The position numbers and the translations under genes are program-made. Source: Candidatus Stoquefichus sp. SB1 (GTDB lineage: Bacteria; Bacillota_I; Bacilli_A; Erysipelotrichales; Coprobacillaceae). From it: a stretch of DNA of 64,000 nt. This document shows positions 59,183 to 64,000 of this stretch, piece after piece. The DNA lies in NCBI RefSeq assembly GCF_001244545.1, contig NZ_LN852693.1, positions 11,631-75,630 on the forward strand, given 5' to 3'. The notes below the pieces were generated by a model that had not been told where the DNA came from, did no database searches, and saw nothing but the letters and a program-made list of their open reading frames with translations. Positions within the stretch are counted from its first letter, which is position 1; every line of letters begins with the position of its first letter.

Positions 59183-59210
59183 TTGACAATTCTAGACAAT
59201 TGACTATAAT
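59183..59210 (+). promoter_or_regulatory. promoter driving the T-box leader
   Basis: TTGACA, 16 nt, TATAAT. Confidence 0.5.
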
Positions 59211-59216
59211 ACAACT

Positions 59217-59454
59217 ATATCAATAAACTCAGTGAAAAAGAGAGTAGTTTAAATGAGTATCAAGCGAGCTAACGTTGGTGTGAGGTTAGTATATCAGTTT
59301 AAATGAACCGCACTTTGGAGAGCAATGTCTGAAATCATAGGATATTGAGTAGGTCTGCTTTAAAGACAAGAGGGGATATATCTTTGATATATCAACAAGA
59401 GTGGTACCGCGGAATTTTTCGTCTCTTAGTATGAAACTAAGAGGCGTTTTTTTA
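59217..59454 (+). ncRNA. T-box riboswitch leader (tRNA-sensing transcription attenuator)
   Basis: A conserved T-box sequence AGAGTGGTACCGCGG at 59397-59412. A palindromic stem III (GATATATC-TTT-GATATATC). A terminator CGTCTCTTAGT-ATGAA-ACTAAGAGGCG plus T8 at 59420-59454. A stem I with AGAGAG/AGAGCA GA-motifs. Confidence 0.75.
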
Positions 59455-59475
59455 TTCAAAGGGGGAGATGAGTTT

Positions 59476-59502
59476 ATGGAATGGATGGTTTTCTTACGGT
59501 AG
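59476..59502 (+). other. 8-codon uORF (MEWMVFLR) between the T-box terminator and the first gene
   Basis: ATG 9 nt after GGGGGA, with stop TAG. It may be fortuitous. Confidence 0.15.
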
Positions 59503-59561
59503 GGATATCAATATAAAATGATATGTAAGAAATAAAAATGAAGAAAGAAGAGGGAAAAACA

Positions 59562-60329
59562 ATGAAAAAATTATTAAAAGTGATGTTAGTTGTTATGATG
59601 GCAGTGATGGTTACTGCATGTGGTGGAAAAGGTAATGATGATAAGGAAACAGTGACATTAACAGTTGGTGTTTCACCTGATTATGCACCTTATGAATCAT
59701 TAGATACAAATGGAAATATAGTTGGTTTTGATGCTGATATGGTGAAATTATTTGAAGGATATTTAACTGAATCAGAAGGAAAAACATATAAATTAGAATT
59801 CAAACAAATGGATTTTGATAACATTATTACACAAATTCAAGGGAATCAAATTGATTTAGGAATTTCAGGTTTTACTTATGATGAAGAAAGAGAAGTAGAA
59901 TGGTCTGTTCCTTATACTGCGACTGCTCAAGTTGCTGTTATGCCTAAAGATACTTCAATTCAATCTGTCAGTGATTTAAAAGGTAAAAAATTAGCAGCAC
60001 AGACAGGTGCTACAGGAGAAAAAGCGGCAAAAGATGTTGAAAATGCTGAAGTTGTTGGAATGAAAAATGTTCAGGATATTTTCAATGGTTTATCTGCTCA
60101 TCAATATGATGGCGCTGTTGTTGATTTAGCAGTAGCAAATAACTATGTAAAAAGTGGTAATTTTACAATGTTAAATGATTCATTATTAGATGAAAAAAAT
60201 TATATTATTGCTAAAAAAGGTAATAAAGAAGTGATTGGTAAAATTAATACATGTATTGAAAAATTTCTTGCATCAGAAGATTACCAAAAATTATGTGATC
60301 AATATGGTTTAAAGAAATTAGAAAAATAA
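59562..60329 (+). CDS. polar amino-acid ABC transporter substrate-binding lipoprotein (SBP family 3)
   Basis: Lipobox VTACGG and a family-3 binding fold. Start at ATG 59562 after RBS AAGAGGGA. Confidence 0.8.
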   Translation: MKKLLKVMLVVMMAVMVTACGGKGNDDKETVTLTVGVSPDYAPYESLDTNGNIVGFDADMVKLFEGYLTESEGKTYKLEFKQMDFDNIITQIQGNQIDLGISGFTYDEEREVEWSVPYTATAQVAVMPKDTSIQSVSDLKGKKLAAQTGATGEKAAKDVENAEVVGMKNVQDIFNGLSAHQYDGAVVDLAVANNYVKSGNFTMLNDSLLDEKNYIIAKKGNKEVIGKINTCIEKFLASEDYQKLCDQYGLKKLEK

Positions 60330-60348
60330 AAAAGAAAGTAGGGATAGT

Positions 60349-61032
60349 ATGTTTGTTGCATTTGATAAAGTGTTTACACCAGAAAATATATTGTATTTAG
60401 CTAAGGGGGCATTGATATCATTGATGATAGCCGCACTATCCCTTATTATTGGATTAATATTTGGTATTTTAGGGGCAAGTGCGAAACGTTCTAAATATCG
60501 TATATTAAGAATTATTGGAAATATTTATGTAGAAGTCATCAGAGGAACACCGATGTTACTTCAAATATTGATTTTGTTTTCAGTTGTTCCATCGCTTTAT
60601 ACAGCAATGACTGGTGAAATATTAAGAATCAATACTTATGTGATTGGGATTATTGCAATGAGTATTAACAGTGGAGCCTATTCTACAGAATTAATTAGAA
60701 GTGGAATTAATGGTGTGGATAAAGGCCAATGGGAAGCTTGTGAAACGTTAGGACTAAGTCATTGGCAAACAATGAAACTTGTTATATTGCCACAAGCCTT
60801 TAAAAGAATTGTTCCACCTGTAATTAGTGAGTTTATCACTTTAATTAAAGATTCATCTTTGATTAGTTGTATTGGTGCGGTAGAACTTTTAAAAGGAGCA
60901 CAAGTAATTGGTGCACAATATTTTGATGTCATGTCACCATATTGTCTATCAGCAGTTTTTTATTTAATTATGACATTAAGTATTTCATATATTGGAAGAC
61001 GTATAGAAGGGAAGTTGGCTGCCAGTGATTAA
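60349..61032 (+). CDS. amino-acid ABC transporter permease (HisMQ family)
   Basis: 227 aa, with the EAA-like loop of PAAT permeases. Confidence 0.8.
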   Translation: MFVAFDKVFTPENILYLAKGALISLMIAALSLIIGLIFGILGASAKRSKYRILRIIGNIYVEVIRGTPMLLQILILFSVVPSLYTAMTGEILRINTYVIGIIAMSINSGAYSTELIRSGINGVDKGQWEACETLGLSHWQTMKLVILPQAFKRIVPPVISEFITLIKDSSLISCIGAVELLKGAQVIGAQYFDVMSPYCLSAVFYLIMTLSISYIGRRIEGKLAASD

Positions 61033-61750
61033 AGTAGAACATATTACAAAAAAATTCAAACAATTAAAGGCTGTTGATGATGTCTCTTTAGAAATAAAGA
61101 AAGGTGAAATTGTTTGTTTAATTGGTCCTTCTGGTTCAGGAAAGAGTACAGTATTAAGATGTATTCATGGACTGGAAATACCAGAAGAGGGACATATTTA
61201 TTTAAATGATCAATTATTAGATAGAAAAGCTGATAACTATAAACAATTAAGAAGTCAGATGGGATTTGTATTTCAACATTTCAATTTGTTTCCACATAAA
61301 ACAGTTTTAGAAAATTTAACATTATCTCCTATTCAGGTTATGGGGAAAACTGAAGCAGAAGCCACACAAATTGCTTGTCAATATTTAGATAGAGTTGGTT
61401 TATTAGATAAGAAAGATGAATATCCAAATAAATTATCGGGAGGACAAAAACAGCGTGTTGCGATCGCAAGAAGTTTATGTTTGAATCCTGAAGTCATGTT
61501 ATTTGATGAACCAACAAGTGCTTTAGATCCAGAAATGGTTATTGAAGTTTTAGAAGTTATGCAAGAACTTGCTAAAGAAGGCATGACTATGATTGTTGTG
61601 ACGCATGAAATGGGATTTGCTAGAACAGTTGCTGATAGAGTGATTTTCTTAGAAGAGGGAAAAATTATTGAAGAAAATAGTAGTCAGGAATTTTTCTCAC
61701 ATCCTAAAACAGAAAGGGCTCAAGATTTCTTGAATAAGGTTATGCATTAA
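61025..61750 (+). CDS. amino-acid ABC transporter ATP-binding protein (GlnQ-like)
   Basis: Walker [18 protein letters not shown] and Walker [12 protein letters not shown] start overlapping the permease stop. Confidence 0.85.
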   Translation: MIKVEHITKKFKQLKAVDDVSLEIKKGEIVCLIGPSGSGKSTVLRCIHGLEIPEEGHIYLNDQLLDRKADNYKQLRSQMGFVFQHFNLFPHKTVLENLTLSPIQVMGKTEAEATQIACQYLDRVGLLDKKDEYPNKLSGGQKQRVAIARSLCLNPEVMLFDEPTSALDPEMVIEVLEVMQELAKEGMTMIVVTHEMGFARTVADRVIFLEEGKIIEENSSQEFFSHPKTERAQDFLNKVMH

Positions 61751-62868
61751 TGAAGATTGCTGAATTTGAAGTAGAAACTTGGATGACTGATCATGAAAAT
61801 AATTGTCAGTATAATTTAACAGAAACATGTGTGAAACCAATGTCTTTAAATGAACTTCAAGAATTTGTTGAAGAAGATATTGTGACTTCAATCATGTCTA
61901 TGACAATGGATTATGGTCCAATTGTTGGCTCTTTGGCATTAAAAAAAGCGATTTTATCATTATATGAAACAGGAAATGAAAACAATGTAACAATTGCTCA
62001 TGGTGCTATTAATGCAAATGAACTAGCTATGATATCACTATTAGAACCAGGGGATCATATTATCAGTCTCTTTCCAACGTATCAGCAAATGTATGATTTT
62101 CCTCGCTCTTTAGGTTGTGAAGTTTCATTGATTCATTTATCAGAAGAGAAAAATTGGCTGCCTTCAATTGAGAATTTTAAGCAATGCATCAATTCAAAAA
62201 CAAAAATGATATGTTTAAATTCTCCTAATAATCCAACTGGAACAACATTCCCATTATCACTTATCAAAGAGATTATAGCTTTAGCAAAAGCCTATGATTG
62301 TTATATTTTATGTGATGAAATTTATCGTGGTGTGAATACTGTGACTGGAAAACTTTGTCCATCATTTAGTGATTACTATGATAAAGCAATCGTTACTCAG
62401 AGTTTGTCAAAAGTTTTCTCATTTCCGGGATTACGACTAGGATGGATTAAGGGACCAAAAGAAGTGATTCATACCATTGATTTAAGAAGAGATTATCATA
62501 TTATAAGCAGTGGACCAATGGATGATTATTTGGCAACACTTATCTTAAATCATAAAGAAAATATTCTTAAAAGAAGTTTAGATATCTGTCGTCAAAATAA
62601 AAAATGTTTACAAGAATGGTTAATGCAAGAACCTCATGTGTCTTGTGTGATTCCAGAAGATGGTACTGTATGTTTTTTGAAATATGATATTGATATGCCA
62701 TCTCAGGAATTATGTGAAAAATTGCAAAAAGAAACGGGTGTTTTCTTTGTTCCTGGAGCAGCATTTGGAGTTGAAAATCATTTAAGATATGGATTTACAC
62801 ATGAAGTTGAGTATGCGAAAGAAGGCTTGACAATTTTTTCAAAGTGGTTAAGACAATTTGATAAATAA
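61750..62868 (+). CDS. class I/II PLP-dependent aminotransferase
   Basis: 372 aa with the SKVFSFPGLRLGW motif (PLP-Lys region). The start overlaps the upstream stop (TAATG). Confidence 0.65.
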   Translation: MKIAEFEVETWMTDHENNCQYNLTETCVKPMSLNELQEFVEEDIVTSIMSMTMDYGPIVGSLALKKAILSLYETGNENNVTIAHGAINANELAMISLLEPGDHIISLFPTYQQMYDFPRSLGCEVSLIHLSEEKNWLPSIENFKQCINSKTKMICLNSPNNPTGTTFPLSLIKEIIALAKAYDCYILCDEIYRGVNTVTGKLCPSFSDYYDKAIVTQSLSKVFSFPGLRLGWIKGPKEVIHTIDLRRDYHIISSGPMDDYLATLILNHKENILKRSLDICRQNKKCLQEWLMQEPHVSCVIPEDGTVCFLKYDIDMPSQELCEKLQKETGVFFVPGAAFGVENHLRYGFTHEVEYAKEGLTIFSKWLRQFDK

Positions 62869-62898
62869 GCGAATAAAGTGTCATTTATTCGCTTTTTT
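62869..62898 (+). terminator. intrinsic terminator ending the T-box operon
   Basis: GCGAATAAA-GTGTCA-TTTATTCGC followed by TTTTTT. Confidence 0.7.
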
Positions 62899-62983
62899 CT
62901 TTTATTATTGATTTATTTATGAAAGAAATCTTTACTCTTACATAATTATGTAATATGATAAACAATATATGGAGGGAAAAGCA

Positions 62984-64000
62984 ATGGACCAAAATAGAGA
63001 TGTTTCTCCTTTTGAACTCTTCAAGTATATGCCTGGAGGTTTTTTGATTTATAGTGCTTATCATAATGAAGACATTCTTTTTGTTAATGATTATATTATT
63101 AAATTATATGGTTGTTGTCATGAAAAGGAATTTATGGAACTTGTTCATGGTTCATTTAAAGGAATGGTTCATCCAGATGATCTTGATCATGTTGAAAGTG
63201 AAATTAAGCAACAAGTTGAAAATTCTTTAGAAGGATATGATTATGTTGAATATCGAATTATTCAAAAGAATGGACAAGTGAGATGGGTTGATGATTATGG
63301 ACGATTAATTCATCAAGCCAATGGCGAAGATGTGTTTTATGTTTTTATTGTAGATTCTACTGAAAAAAAGCAATTGCAGTATGAATTAAAAAGACGTAAT
63401 GATCAACAGCAAGTTCTTATTGATATGGCGAAAGATGTTGTTTTTGATGTGTCTTATCATGATAAAACAATTGATATTTATGGGAAGTTTGAAGAACGTT
63501 TTGGACGCAAACCTTGTCTTGATGATTTTCAAAAATTATTAGGTCAACATATTATTGATGAACAATATCAGATTCATATGCATCAAGTACAACTTGATTA
63601 TCAAAATTTTGATTCAGACACAGATGAAATTTATATTCGTAATCATAGAAATGAGAATATATGGTCACAGTGTCAACTGGCTAAGTTTTATGATGATAAT
63701 GCTCAAAACAGTCGCATAGTTGGTAGACTTTTAGATACTCATTATCAAATTCTTAAACAAAAGCATTATCAGCGAGATGCTCAACGGGATCCTTTGACAG
63801 GAATATATAATCGACGTATGGCACGCGGACAGATTGATTCTTTATTAGCACAAATGGATGAGACGCAAGAGTGCTTATTGGCTATTTTTGATATTGATGA
63901 TTTTAAAGAAATAAATGATACTTATGGACATCCTATTGGCGATAGTGTTTTGAAATATGTTGCCTATGGGTTAATGGAGTTTCATGGCGAACATAATGTT
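62984..64000 (+). CDS. PAS-domain diguanylate cyclase (GGDEF); 5' part only, continues beyond the window
   Basis: The ORF is open from ATG 62984 (RBS GGAGGGAAAAGCA) to the window end. It contains PAS/PAC segments and the start of a GGDEF domain (DPLTGIYNRR...IFDIDDFKEINDTYGHPIGD). Confidence 0.7.
   Translation, partial: MDQNRDVSPFELFKYMPGGFLIYSAYHNEDILFVNDYIIKLYGCCHEKEFMELVHGSFKGMVHPDDLDHVESEIKQQVENSLEGYDYVEYRIIQKNGQVRWVDDYGRLIHQANGEDVFYVFIVDSTEKKQLQYELKRRNDQQQVLIDMAKDVVFDVSYHDKTIDIYGKFEERFGRKPCLDDFQKLLGQHIIDEQYQIHMHQVQLDYQNFDSDTDEIYIRNHRNENIWSQCQLAKFYDDNAQNSRIVGRLLDTHYQILKQKHYQRDAQRDPLTGIYNRRMARGQIDSLLAQMDETQECLLAIFDIDDFKEINDTYGHPIGDSVLKYVAYGLMEFHGEHNV

Overview
This is a low-GC (~30 %) Firmicutes-type chromosomal segment; the gene content resembles Erysipelotrichia or Clostridia. 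It is dense with housekeeping and accessory metabolic genes. I found no integrase, transposase, CRISPR array or rRNA.

Gene content in order:
- The 3' end of a potC-like permease and potD.
- An array of 11 tRNA genes driven by two promoters. Three of them carry a CAT anticodon, which I assign as initiator fMet, elongator Met and tRNA-Ile2 (lysidine).
- A P-type cation ATPase, a NodB-type polysaccharide deacetylase, an AI-2E transporter, a Cof-type HAD hydrolase, citrate synthase and ilvE.
- A candidate 5-oxoproline locus: a lone PTS EIIB-like protein, DUF969, DUF979, pcp and a gamma-glutamylcyclotransferase.
- A cadC/cadA metal-resistance pair, feoA, feoB and a FeoB-associated Cys-rich peptide.
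- A LUD-domain protein, malQ, a patatin-like protein, and coaX-coaBC with an ECF S-component.
- A rubrerythrin with rubredoxin domains at both ends, an NSS-family transporter, PadR with DUF1700, and a flotillin.
- Two diverged SPL-family radical SAM paralogues. Between them lie an RpiR regulator, two GH1 6-phospho-beta-glucosidases, a module of a membrane XRE regulator, a CPBP protease and an S51 peptidase, and a uracil permease.
- htpG behind two CIRCE elements.
- A 790-bp leader region with a strong promoter, a candidate sRNA and an 18-bp perfect palindrome, followed by a 1,465-aa protein with PAS, three GGDEF-like, GAF and EAL domains.
- A nitroreductase, a Na/Pi cotransporter, an ABC exporter, eno, an LtaS-family protein, and a T-box riboswitch controlling an amino-acid ABC transporter plus aminotransferase operon.
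- The start of another PAS-GGDEF gene running off the window end.

The most noteworthy items are the tandem CIRCE operators on htpG, the T-box leader, the structured leader region upstream of the large c-di-GMP gene, the palindrome shared by the two GH1 genes, and the pcp/DUF969/DUF979/GGCT cluster with its lone EIIB-like gene.
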